Source: an uncultured delta proteobacterium
GTDB lineage: Bacteria; Desulfobacterota; RBG-13-43-22
NCBI GenBank assembly: GCA_963790475.1
Contig: CAWBOS010000013.1
Coordinates: forward strand, 160,001 to 224,000
DNA: 64,000 bases
Direction: 5' to 3'
Below, in pieces: positions 18,472 through 27,623 of the stretch. Numbering within the stretch: the first letter of the stretch is position 1; the number at the start of each line of letters is the position of its first letter. Below the pieces are notes generated by a model. That model had not been told where the DNA came from and did no database searches. It saw nothing but the letters and a program-made list of their open reading frames with translations. The position numbers were made by a program, and so were the translations under genes.

Positions 18472-19080
18472 TCAGGCGGTATAGCCGGAACAAGGGATAC
18501 AGACTAATTGACCCTCATCGGTCACGCGCATCCTGTTTATAAAAGTCAGCTCACCGCATCCGGCACAACGCTTTGCCGTGAAGCATCCTTTCCCCTTTTT
18601 GACTTCCACCTGATGCACGGCGCCGATATCCAAAAATGCGCTTTCTTCCAGGGCAAGAATTCGCTCGACAAGGGGATCGGTTATTTCGGGCTCGATGTTC
18701 TGTGGCGGCACTCCAGCTTTACGTTTCTGAACAAAGGGTGAAGCGAGGGCCTTTTCGAAAAAATCCGCCTTTAGTGAGACTCTCACCGCTCGACCGGTCT
18801 TCTGATCGATTAACGTGAAGGCCATCTTATTGAAATAGCGTTTCTCAATATTCGATTTGCCGTAGGTGCAACCTGTCGCGGTCATGATGCCATCCAAAAA
18901 ACAGCCCGCCGCATGGTCCTTCCCGGTCTCCGAGACCACCAAGAGTTCTTTATCCTGGGCACGGTCCACCCCAAGGACCTTCATAGCCGCCATTCCAGCC
19001 CTTAGACCCATAGGCATGGCCGGACACTTATGTCCATGAAATTTCAAACCCACTTCAAACAATTCTTTTAAATCCTTCAT
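18472..19080 (-). CDS. FmdE/FwdE family metal-binding protein (paralog)
   Basis: [25 protein letters not shown] and a C-terminal Zn finger; GGAGG RBS before ATG 19080. Confidence 0.85.
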   Translation of the reverse strand: MKDLKELFEVGLKFHGHKCPAMPMGLRAGMAAMKVLGVDRAQDKELLVVSETGKDHAAGCFLDGIMTATGCTYGKSNIEKRYFNKMAFTLIDQKTGRAVRVSLKADFFEKALASPFVQKRKAGVPPQNIEPEITDPLVERILALEESAFLDIGAVHQVEVKKGKGCFTAKRCAGCGELTFINRMRVTDEGQLVCIPCSGYTA

Positions 19081-19140
19081 AATAATACCTCCTTCGCCAT
19101 ATTTTTTTCTTTCATTCAACTACACCTTATCTCTGTGTTC

Positions 19141-19231
19141 AAGACTGACCCTCACGCGTACCCAGGTGGCTATGATTAAGTGGTATTCGGGTTACGGGAC
19201 TGCCTTGCTTGCTGCAACTCCCGCCAGTCTT
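19141..19231 (-). promoter_or_regulatory. Candidate structured leader RNA upstream of the fmdE-tauE-fmdE operon
   Basis: Closing stem AAGACTGGC/GTCAGTCTT encloses CGGGA-G-TTGC...GCAG-TCCCG and a TACC/GGTA stem. The family was not recognised. Confidence 0.3.
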
Positions 19232-19270
19232 TCTATTTTTTACATCCGGGCTAATCCTTTATCTGTAACT

Positions 19271-20455
19271 TCAGTTCAACTTAAATCCTTTAACCGGGAA
19301 GTATTGCACCTGAATGCGCCAGACGGGGGCTGGTCCCGTTCCTGTATCGGACCAACTATAATCAGTAGCCAGTCGCAAAGGCAGCCAGGGCAAATCGTAG
19401 GTTGCCGCAATCGTCACTCTGCCGGTGGAGGAGGCTGTTGGTTCATTCACATCAGGGTTGAACCACTCCTGGCGCAATCCCAGAATTACGCTTTTGATGG
19501 GCTGATAGGCCACTTGCCCGTAAGCGCCGGTAGCCGCGATTTCGTTTCCCGAAGCGGGATCAAGCCAGACCCTGAAATACTCTCCCTGAGCACTCAACGG
19601 TCCCCAGTTGATCTGCGCAAAGGCGTTTAACCGACTGTCCTGTCCTCGGAAATGGCTCGTCAAATTCTTGCTCAAGCCGGGCAGCTGAGCCGAAAAATCC
19701 AGGTCGGCAACGTCCCGGACCGATCCCGCCAATCCAGCACGCCACAACCACGGTCGACCTTCTTGAACTCCTTCGCTGCCATAACTCAAGCGCGCCACTC
19801 CCAAGGGACCGTTGCCGCGAGTGTCCTCATTAGCTCCCGCACCAAGAAAGAGGCCCGCGGAGAGCTGCCAGCCGCTATGGTCCCAATCACATTCGAGGCC
19901 CCGGTCCCGGGCAAAGGTGTCCCCCAAATTCCCATTGATCACCAGCCGGTTGGTGACATCGGTGCGCTCTACAAAATCCAGGTTCCAATCGGGCTGAAAT
20001 CGCTCCAAACCAAATGGTGGAATAAATTGGCCGCCTTTAAGAGAAAGGCCAAAACCGGACGGATAGATTAGGTAAGCGTCTTGCAAAAAGATTTGATCAT
20101 CGGTAGCACTTCCATTGTTGTCCTTGTAGATGAATTGGAAATGGTAATGGAGCTTGTCCGAAGACCCGCCATCCAGCATGGCCTTGAACCGGCGGAGAGC
20201 TACACCGGTACCGGGATCGGTATAACGAACCTGGAGGTAAGAGCTCAGTGTTGGCAGGTAAGCCGAGGGCGGATCTATCCCGCCTGCGCACCCAGTTTCA
20301 GCCAACCACAGAACCAGACTGAGCATTACGATGCTGACCGGAAACGCGGGCGAAACGATAGCGCGCTTACAGATACCGCCAGCCACGCGGGCCGTTGGGA
20401 TGGTGAACTTGAATCCCAAAGCAATCATTAAGCGAAAACCACAAGTACTGTCCAC
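19271..20455 (-). CDS. Outer-membrane porin (OprO/OprP-like); start uncertain
   Basis: Alternating beta-strand pattern, LQDAY...GQFIPPFGLE, RDRG and an aromatic terminal strand (WRIQVQYF). Confidence 0.7.
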   Translation of the reverse strand: MDSTCGFRLMIALGFKFTIPTARVAGGICKRAIVSPAFPVSIVMLSLVLWLAETGCAGGIDPPSAYLPTLSSYLQVRYTDPGTGVALRRFKAMLDGGSSDKLHYHFQFIYKDNNGSATDDQIFLQDAYLIYPSGFGLSLKGGQFIPPFGLERFQPDWNLDFVERTDVTNRLVINGNLGDTFARDRGLECDWDHSGWQLSAGLFLGAGANEDTRGNGPLGVARLSYGSEGVQEGRPWLWRAGLAGSVRDVADLDFSAQLPGLSKNLTSHFRGQDSRLNAFAQINWGPLSAQGEYFRVWLDPASGNEIAATGAYGQVAYQPIKSVILGLRQEWFNPDVNEPTASSTGRVTIAATYDLPWLPLRLATDYSWSDTGTGPAPVWRIQVQYFPVKGFKLN

Positions 20456-20724
20456 ATAAAACTCCCGATTATCATAGAAAAAGCATCCTTAAACCTATTT
20501 TTTCGTGTCTTTTTTATTATGCCTTTATTAATAATACCCTGAACATGGTAAACAGAGCTCTTTACCGTCCTTCAGTCCTACGTAGCGCTCAAAGACGTAC
20601 TCGCCGCATCCTGCGCATTATAAGTTTGTTCTCCAATCCTTTTCCACTTGTTAATTAAAATAGTTTCCATAAAGATATCACAAGGATAAGCTTAAAAATG
20701 GGGATCGAGCCCTTAAACTCCAAA

Positions 20725-20767
20725 ATAACTATTTAGTTATATAGTAATGGTTTTCTCTTCCTTGTCA
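20725..20767 (-). promoter_or_regulatory. sigma70 promoter with a perfect 7-2-7 operator
   Basis: Minus strand TTGACA-N16-TACTAT, followed immediately by ATAACTA-AA-TAGTTAT (20725-20740). Confidence 0.65.
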
Positions 20768-21020
20768 AGCAAAAAATATTCTCCTCATTAAATATTTTTC
20801 CAATGGCAAGTCAAATAGTACAAATAGGGAGGATTCCGGTTTTTTCAAAAATCCAGCCGTTTCGAAAGTTCCTGGTTTTCCTGGGAAGTATCATTTCCCA
20901 ATCCGTTTAATAAGAATAATCTGGGAAAAAATTCATTTTGACTTTTCAAGAAGGGTGTGAAATTAAATGAAAATCTGAAAAATAACGAAAATAGTGATCA
21001 AAAGTTGAAAGGGGTCGTTT

Positions 21021-21173
21021 ATGGTATTGACAATTCGACAAGATGAATTTCAGTTGATGAAGATGATTGTTCTGGATAAGGACAAGGAGGAGGCCCTGCG
21101 GTTGATAAAACAATTTGTGGCCCGTTTGGAACAACAGGCCAATCAGGGTCTGAAATCCCATTTGGATCGGTAA
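21021..21173 (+). CDS. 50-aa small protein (not in ORF track)
   Basis: GAAAGGGG RBS; MVLTIRQDEFQLMKMIVLDKDKEEALRLIKQFVARLEQQANQGLKSHLDR*. It resembles 32075-32299. Confidence 0.6.
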   Translation: MVLTIRQDEFQLMKMIVLDKDKEEALRLIKQFVARLEQQANQGLKSHLDR

Positions 21174-21273
21174 AATCATGTCAGCCTGATGAAAAGAATC
21201 CGGAAGATGAACCCTGAGAAACTCGCTACGGATTGTTTGAGCTGCCGGATACAATTCAATCAGCTCTTACCGT

Positions 21274-21327
21274 ATAAAGTGGTTCATCCCAATAAAGTGG
21301 TTCATCCCAATAAAGTGGTTCATCCCA
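21274..21327. repeat. 3 x 18-bp perfect tandem repeat
   Basis: ATAAAGTGGTTCATCCCA repeated three times with no spacers. Confidence 0.95.
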
Positions 21328-21679
21328 TTGAGATACTCCGAGAATCCTATTCTTTAAATTTTAAATAAGATTCCAGTTCAAAAATATCTCCTCCCTTTTC
21401 CCTCGTATAAAATAAATTGCGGAGGCGCCCTCTTCCACTTGAATGACCCAGTTCCGGTCAAAACCAGGAGTAACGGCCGAACCCCACCAATACCCATCGG
21501 CCCCCATCCCGGCGGTTGGCAACCCTATCATGGAGGCCACCAGAAGAATAACCCGGAAAAAGATCCCTTTTGTTCCCCGTAGCCTTGCTTTATACGGTGG
21601 CTTTCTTTCTCTTGGCCCATTTTTTTCCCTGCCGAGAAGGCGGTTTTTATCACTGGTTGAAGGCCTTAAATTCGGAATT

Positions 21680-22618
21680 CTATTTTTTCCTCAACTCTAC
21701 CGGATAATTCCGTGATCGCCAGGCCTTGAAACCGCCGGCCAGAGGTCGTACCTTGGCCGCCCCCCTTTTCTTTAACATTAACGCCGCCCGGGCGCTGGAG
21801 GCCTCTTTGGGTCAGTCGCAGTACAAAACCACTTCCCGTCCCTGGGGAATATCCGGCGGATGCTTATGCAATTTTTCCAGAGGACAACAGAAAGCCCCGG
21901 GGATGACCTGAGGTTCGGCTTCAAATTCATGGGCATTGCGAACATCGAGGATAAAGAGGTCTTCGGCATTATCGATCTTTTGCTTCAGTTCCTCCGGAGT
22001 AATGCGGGCCAGTCGCATCTGGTGCAGAAATTGTTTCCATTGAATGAACTTCCAGGTGACATAGGCCATTAAAATAGTCAGGATCAGGGCCCAGAATATC
22101 TTTCCGGCCAAAGACAGGTAGGCCGTTGTTTGTTCGATTTGACTGCTGAACCAATATCCGAGGCCGGTGAAAGTGCTCACCCAAATAATCGTTCCCAGGC
22201 CATCCAATAGGATAAATCGGATCACCTTCATGTGGGTAATCCCCGACAATGGGGGGGCTAAGGTATTCACCCCGGGAATAAATTTGGCCACCAAAAGCGA
22301 TTTGGCCCCGTGCCGAAAAAAAAGGCTTTTGGTAAGGCTGACACAAGAGTCGGGGTTGAAGGAGATGCGGCAGAGAAAAGGTAATAGGGAACTGCCCATT
22401 CGTCGGCCGACCTGATGCCAGAAGACATCGCTCAGTAAGCAGGCCAGGGTGGAGAGAAGAAATATGAGGCTGAAATTGAACTGTCCTCCCCCGGCCATCG
22501 CCCCGGCGATAAGCAACAATAATTCAGCCGGTATGGGCAAGCCGAGTTGTTCTCCTAAGACCCCCAAAAAAAGAATAACATAGCCATGCTGGATCAGGGT
22601 GTGCATTAGATCATTCAT
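21680..22618 (-). CDS. DedA/VTT-rhodanese fusion, probable selenoprotein (UGA at 21812-21814)
   Basis: DedA domain (GLPIP, LLVAKFIPG) followed by rhodanese (ILDVRN). Read-through of TGA gives VLYCD-U-PKEASSARAALMLKKKG..VRPLAGGFKAW...*, completing the domain. Homologs usually read YCxCPNE.SSAR.A. Confidence 0.8.
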
Positions 22619-22629
22619 AGCTGTGCCTA

Positions 22630-24459
22630 CTAAACGGTGTTTCCGCCAAGGAGATTGCGGCCCAGGGATTGGCTGCGATGCAGGACGGTGGAGTTGTCAA
22701 AGGTACCTGGTAACTCCAAGCCGGCTCTCTCATATTCGCGAGAGAGAAGCTTTTCGATTTCTTCAACCGAGGAGAGACTTAAAACTACCCTGGCAATTGA
22801 CCGCCACTGCTCATAGGCGATAGAGCGGACGATTTTCTTCGCTTCCAGAAGGGCAACAGGACTCATGCTCAGATCCACCAGGCCCATTCCGACAAGCAAA
22901 GGGATATACTTTGGATCTCCGGCCATCTCCCCACACACGGCTACTGCTTTGTTGGCGGTCTGAGCTACATGGGCCACGCCCTGAATCAGTCGAAGCACAG
23001 CCGGGGCAAGGGGCTGATAAAGAGGACTCACCAGTTCGTTATCCCGATCTACGGCCAGGGTATATTGGATCAGGTCATTGGTCCCAATGCTCAAAAAATC
23101 GAGGTCATTAATCAATTGGTCTGCCACAACGGCCACCGAAGGGACTTCGATCATCGCGCCGAGCGGAATTCGTCCATCAAAAGGGATCCCTTCTGCCCGA
23201 AGCTCTCTTTTTGATAGTTCGACCAGTTGCCAGATCTGCCGAACCTCCTCGATGCTCGAGATCATCGGGAATAGAATCTTCACCGGCCCGTAGGCGCTTG
23301 CCCTGAGGATAGCGCGAAGTTGTTGTTTAAAAAGGTCCTTTTCCCTCAAGAAAATGCGAATCGATCGATAGCCCAAGAAGGGATTTTTTTCCTTCGGACT
23401 CCTTCCCTCTCCGAAGAATTTATCCCCGCCAAAATCGAGCGTCCGGATAATGACTTCCTTGCCGTTAGCTTGATGAACCACCTTGCCATAGAGCTCAAAT
23501 TGTTCCTCTTCTGAGAGGAAACGTCCCAAGGCCAGAAAGGGCAGCTCCGTCCGGAACAAGCCGATTCCATGGGCCCCGAAATGCAGACCATATTCCAGAT
23601 CGACGAGACTTCCGATATTGGCCCATAATCGAACGGTGCGCCCATCCAGCGTCTCCGACGGGAGGGGAATGGTTTGTTTAAGCGCTGACTGGTAGGCTTC
23701 CCGTTTCTTCCGGAGGTCCTGGTAATTTTGGGTGACCTCTGCCGGTGGGTTTATGACCACGGTCCCCATGTCCCCGTCAACCGCCAATTGATCTCCCTTA
23801 TTTACCTTAAGGAGTAAGCCTTCGATACCAATCACCGCCGGAAGGCCAAGGGATCTTGCGAGAATAGCCGCATGGGATTCTTTGCCCCCTGATTCTGTCG
23901 CAAAGGCAAGGACCTTGTCTCTGTCGAGTCGCACCGTATCGGAAGGGGTCAACTCGCGGGCCACAATGATGACAGGCTCCTTGAAATCGCAGGCGGATTC
24001 TTGTGAAGACATGAGTTTTTCGATCAGCCTTCTTCCAACATCCCGAAGGTCGGCCCCTCGTTCACGAAAGTAAAGATCCTCCAGCTCCTCGAAGACCTTT
24101 CCGAAGGCCTCCACCTGCTGCAGAACGGCTGCCTCTGCATTCATTCCGTTTTCCCGAATCTCTTTTAAAATCCGGGCGATCCAATAAGGATCCTCAAGCA
24201 TGGCTACGTGGGCAAGAAAAATTGCCGCTTCCGCCTTACCGATCCTTTGAGAGGTCTGGAAGTGGTCTTCCATCAATTCATCGATCACCTGGCGGACCGC
24301 CTCCTTGAGGCGTATCACCTCTTGTTCTGTTTGTTCCTCTGCCAGAGTGTGTTTCTCCACCCTGAACAAAATATCCTGAAAGACGCAGGCCTTACCGATG
24401 ACAATCCCGGGGGAGGCTGGAATTCCTTTTAAAAAGCGTTTTGAAATCTCTGATTCCAT
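22630..24459 (-). CDS. ptsI: PTS enzyme I (PEP-protein phosphotransferase)
   Basis: GIPASPG, SHAAILARSLGLP (phospho-His), GIGLFRTE, IRTLDFGGDK, NPFLGYR, SIGTNDLIQY and CGEMAG. Confidence 0.9.
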   Translation of the reverse strand: MESEISKRFLKGIPASPGIVIGKACVFQDILFRVEKHTLAEEQTEQEVIRLKEAVRQVIDELMEDHFQTSQRIGKAEAAIFLAHVAMLEDPYWIARILKEIRENGMNAEAAVLQQVEAFGKVFEELEDLYFRERGADLRDVGRRLIEKLMSSQESACDFKEPVIIVARELTPSDTVRLDRDKVLAFATESGGKESHAAILARSLGLPAVIGIEGLLLKVNKGDQLAVDGDMGTVVINPPAEVTQNYQDLRKKREAYQSALKQTIPLPSETLDGRTVRLWANIGSLVDLEYGLHFGAHGIGLFRTELPFLALGRFLSEEEQFELYGKVVHQANGKEVIIRTLDFGGDKFFGEGRSPKEKNPFLGYRSIRIFLREKDLFKQQLRAILRASAYGPVKILFPMISSIEEVRQIWQLVELSKRELRAEGIPFDGRIPLGAMIEVPSVAVVADQLINDLDFLSIGTNDLIQYTLAVDRDNELVSPLYQPLAPAVLRLIQGVAHVAQTANKAVAVCGEMAGDPKYIPLLVGMGLVDLSMSPVALLEAKKIVRSIAYEQWRSIARVVLSLSSVEEIEKLLSREYERAGLELPGTFDNSTVLHRSQSLGRNLLGGNTV

Positions 24460-24691
24460 ATGGTCTAACCCTTTTTCTTGTTCGTGATCTTTATCCTTCT
24501 TCAACCCTAAGGTCACTTCATTGGCTTCTCTTCAGTCCTAAGGCCCGACTCTTCCAATCTCAGGGCATCGATGTAAAACTTCCTTAAATATTCCTTTACC
24601 TTAATGATAGGCCGGTTACCATGATAGCATAAGAACCATAAGCCAATAGATAGGTCCCGCTCCCATATTCGATCTCCTTTGACTGTATTAT

Positions 24692-24736
24692 ACAACCATA
24701 TAGTTATAAAGTTAACATAAGGGACTGGCCTTGTCA
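24692..24736 (-). promoter_or_regulatory. sigma70 promoter with a 7-2-7 operator upstream of ptsI
   Basis: Minus strand TTGACA-N17-TAACTT; operator ACAACCA-TA-TAGTTAT at 24692-24707. Confidence 0.55.
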
Positions 24737-24915
24737 AGAAAAAACTTAGCTTATCCATCATTCACTTTTCTCATACCGCATGCTTCCCCTTTAGCCTGTT
24801 TGGGACCCGGCTTACCCTGGGGCTTGGTCAATAATATATACAAACAGGTATCAAAGAAAGTGAACCAGGCATGACCGCCAAGAATCCTTCCAGGATCGAT
24901 CCCGGCGGCTTGAGG

Positions 24916-26409
24916 CTAAAATTCTCTGCCGCTGTTATCCATCATCTGCCAGCCGCCTCCCAATGATTTGATTAAAGCCACCGCTGTGGCCAGTTGCTGA
25001 CCGCGCAGGCGCATGGCGGAGCGCTCGATCCCCAACGCAGTATTCTGCGCCGTCGCCACCTCCAGATAGGTCACCAGGCCTGCGTCATAACGATTGTTGG
25101 CGACTTCCAGTTGCCGGCGCGCGGCCTTTAAGGCAGCCAGCACCTCCTCGTATTGGCGGGCGAGCAGATACTCGGCGGCCAGGTTGTTTTCGACGTCCGC
25201 AAAAGCGGTCAGCACGGTTTGGTGGTAACGGGCGACCGTTTCCTCATACCCCGCCTTGGCCTGACTGAGGTTGGCGCTGAGCTGGCCGCCCTGGAATAAT
25301 GGGAGCGTCAGGGAGGGGCCGACGGCCCAGAACAGGCTCGGCCAAGTAAGCAGTGTGCTCATATCTCTGTTGGCGTTCAAATCCCCGCTCCAGAATCCCG
25401 CCTGGCCGCCGAACTTGATGGTCGGAAAAAACGCTGCCGTGGCCACGCCGATCGTGGCGTTGGCGGCGGCCATGCGCCGTTCAGCGGCGGCGACGTCGGG
25501 CCTCCTTTCGAGCAGTTCCGAAGGCAGGCCGGAGGGAACAAGGGGAGGTTCCGGGTTCAGCGCCCGCTCCGCCAGACGGAAAAGGGACGCATTCTTCCCG
25601 GACAGCACGGCCAGTGCGTGCTCAAACCTGGCACGCTGCAGCGCGTTGTCCGGCAGTTGCGCCTCGGCGGTTTTAAGGACAGTTTCGGCCTGGGCCACAT
25701 CCAGGTCGGAAACCATGCCCCCGGCCCTGCGGTTGCGGACCAGTACCAGCGACTTGCGGTAGGCTTCGATGCTCCAGAGGAGCAGAGCCTTGTCGGCATC
25801 GAGGGCGCGAATCGTGAAATAGTCGGCGGCGACTTCGGCCTGGATGGCCAGTCTCACCGACTCGACATCGTCGGCCACGGCCTGCACTTGAGCCGTCGCC
25901 GATTCAACGCTGCGCCGCACCCGCCCCCAGAGGTCGAACTCATAGCTTAAATCAAAGGGCAAGGTGAACGTGTCGTAAGTCTTGCCCGGCTTGCCCCCCA
26001 CGGGGCGATTTTCGGAGTCGAGCTGCTCGGTCGGATAAAAAGAGGCGCCCAGACGGGGGAAAAGACCGGAGCGGGCCACATCGGCCACGGCCCGGGCCTG
26101 GTTGAAGCGGGCGTAAGCCGCCTTGAGGTCCTGATTGGCTTCTGTGGCCTCGGTCTCCAGGCGACTCAGTTCAGGGTCGCCGAAAATTTCCCACCAGTTG
26201 CCCTTGGGCAGGTGTGCCTGGGGCACGGCTACTTTCCATTCGTCGGAGACACCGGTATAAGCGGCGGGGATTGTCGTGGCTTCGGGCCGTTGGTAGTTCG
26301 GGCCGACCGTACAACCGCTCATCACCATGGCTAACACCAGCAGGACCGGGAAAGCCAGGATACGGCCACTTCTCGAAAAAAGGCGAATAGATAGTGGCGT
26401 CATCTTCAT
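24916..26409 (-). CDS. RND efflux outer-membrane lipoprotein (NodT/OprM family)
   Basis: Lipobox MSGC-TVGPNY, WW..F.DP.L, LPSELLERRPDV and a LIKSLGGGW terminus. Confidence 0.9.
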   Translation of the reverse strand: MKMTPLSIRLFSRSGRILAFPVLLVLAMVMSGCTVGPNYQRPEATTIPAAYTGVSDEWKVAVPQAHLPKGNWWEIFGDPELSRLETEATEANQDLKAAYARFNQARAVADVARSGLFPRLGASFYPTEQLDSENRPVGGKPGKTYDTFTLPFDLSYEFDLWGRVRRSVESATAQVQAVADDVESVRLAIQAEVAADYFTIRALDADKALLLWSIEAYRKSLVLVRNRRAGGMVSDLDVAQAETVLKTAEAQLPDNALQRARFEHALAVLSGKNASLFRLAERALNPEPPLVPSGLPSELLERRPDVAAAERRMAAANATIGVATAAFFPTIKFGGQAGFWSGDLNANRDMSTLLTWPSLFWAVGPSLTLPLFQGGQLSANLSQAKAGYEETVARYHQTVLTAFADVENNLAAEYLLARQYEEVLAALKAARRQLEVANNRYDAGLVTYLEVATAQNTALGIERSAMRLRGQQLATAVALIKSLGGGWQMMDNSGREF

Positions 26410-27611
26410 TGGCTCTTCTCCTTTTTGGCAGACTGGGCAATGGACACCGCGGCGCCGGTCGCCAGCGAGTCAGAGGGGTTGACGATGACCCGGTCCTTGG
26501 CACTCACCCCGGACAGTATCTCAATCGTCGGCCCGAAGTCGCGTCCGAGCTTTACGGTGCGCAGCTCGACCTTGCCATTGGACTGTACGATGCCCACCTG
26601 CGGTCCTTCGGGGCGGGATAAAATCGTGTTCGCCGGAAGCGTCAGGGCCGCCTCCATCTTCGCCTCGGTGAAACGCACCTGGGCATAGCCGCCCGCCAGG
26701 ATCTCCTCCTTCGGGTTGTCCAGCGCCAGTTCCACCAGGAGGGTCCTGGAATCCGCGGCTATCACACCCGCGTTACGGATCACCTTGGGTCTAAACGCCC
26801 GACCGGGAATTTCCAGAACGCTCATCTCGGCGGTCTGGCCGGGTCGAACGCTTCGAGCCATGGTCTGAGGGACCTGCACGAATACGCGAAGTTTCCCCGT
26901 CTGCGCCAGGTGGAAAAGCTCCTTGCCGCCGCCGGCGACGATGAGATCGCCCGCATCGATATTACGGGCCGTGATGGTACCGGCAAAGGGCGCTGTTATC
27001 CGGGTATACGACTCAAGTTTCTCCAGCCGGCGCACCTCGGCCCGGGCCGCCGCGGCACTGGCGGTCTTGAGCTTGAAGTCGGCCTGTTTTTCGGCGTTTT
27101 CCTGTTCGCTGACGCTGGCGGTCTTCAGGAGACCGGCCCAGCGCTCGGCCGTGAGCTTCGACAGCGCGAGGGCGGCTTCGGCCTGGTCGAGCTGGGCTCG
27201 GGCGCGATCGAGCTCCTGGTTGAGTTCCGGCACATCGATCACGGCCAGAAGCTGCCCGGCCTGGACATGGGCGCCAATGTCCACCAGCCTCCGTTTGAGA
27301 TACCCGTTAGCCCGCGCATAGATCGGCGCTTCGACCCAGGGCTTGACTTCAGCAGACAAAGGCAGGTTGGAAGTGGATTGCCCCGGCTTCGGCAAGACCA
27401 CGGTAACCATGGGAACAGAGATCTTTCGCGTCTCGGCACCCAACTCGGTTTGCTGACGAAGCCGCGGAATGAGACCGGCGACCACACCGGTCGCGATCAG
27501 TATTGCTACGACGGCTGCCGCAAATAAGAACTTGACCGGCGAGCGTCTAAGCTCCGCTTTCGGTTCCGGGTTTTTCGACAATTCTGTCGGATTATCTGGT
27601 TTTAAATTCAT
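26406..27611 (-). CDS. RND efflux periplasmic adaptor (MFP)
   Basis: N-terminal TM, lipoyl-like halves (IYARANGYL; ITAPFAGTIT) and a hairpin coiled coil. Confidence 0.9.
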   Translation of the reverse strand: MNLKPDNPTELSKNPEPKAELRRSPVKFLFAAAVVAILIATGVVAGLIPRLRQQTELGAETRKISVPMVTVVLPKPGQSTSNLPLSAEVKPWVEAPIYARANGYLKRRLVDIGAHVQAGQLLAVIDVPELNQELDRARAQLDQAEAALALSKLTAERWAGLLKTASVSEQENAEKQADFKLKTASAAAARAEVRRLEKLESYTRITAPFAGTITARNIDAGDLIVAGGGKELFHLAQTGKLRVFVQVPQTMARSVRPGQTAEMSVLEIPGRAFRPKVIRNAGVIAADSRTLLVELALDNPKEEILAGGYAQVRFTEAKMEAALTLPANTILSRPEGPQVGIVQSNGKVELRTVKLGRDFGPTIEILSGVSAKDRVIVNPSDSLATGAAVSIAQSAKKEKSQ

Positions 27612-27623
27612 GGGTACACCTCT

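Noticed and set aside
20551-20620. Possible riboswitch in the porin leader
   Set aside because: Only a short TACGT/ACGTA stem was seen and no known consensus was recognised.
21274-21327. Possible CRISPR array
   Set aside because: Three abutting 18-mers with no spacers and no cas genes; a simple tandem repeat.
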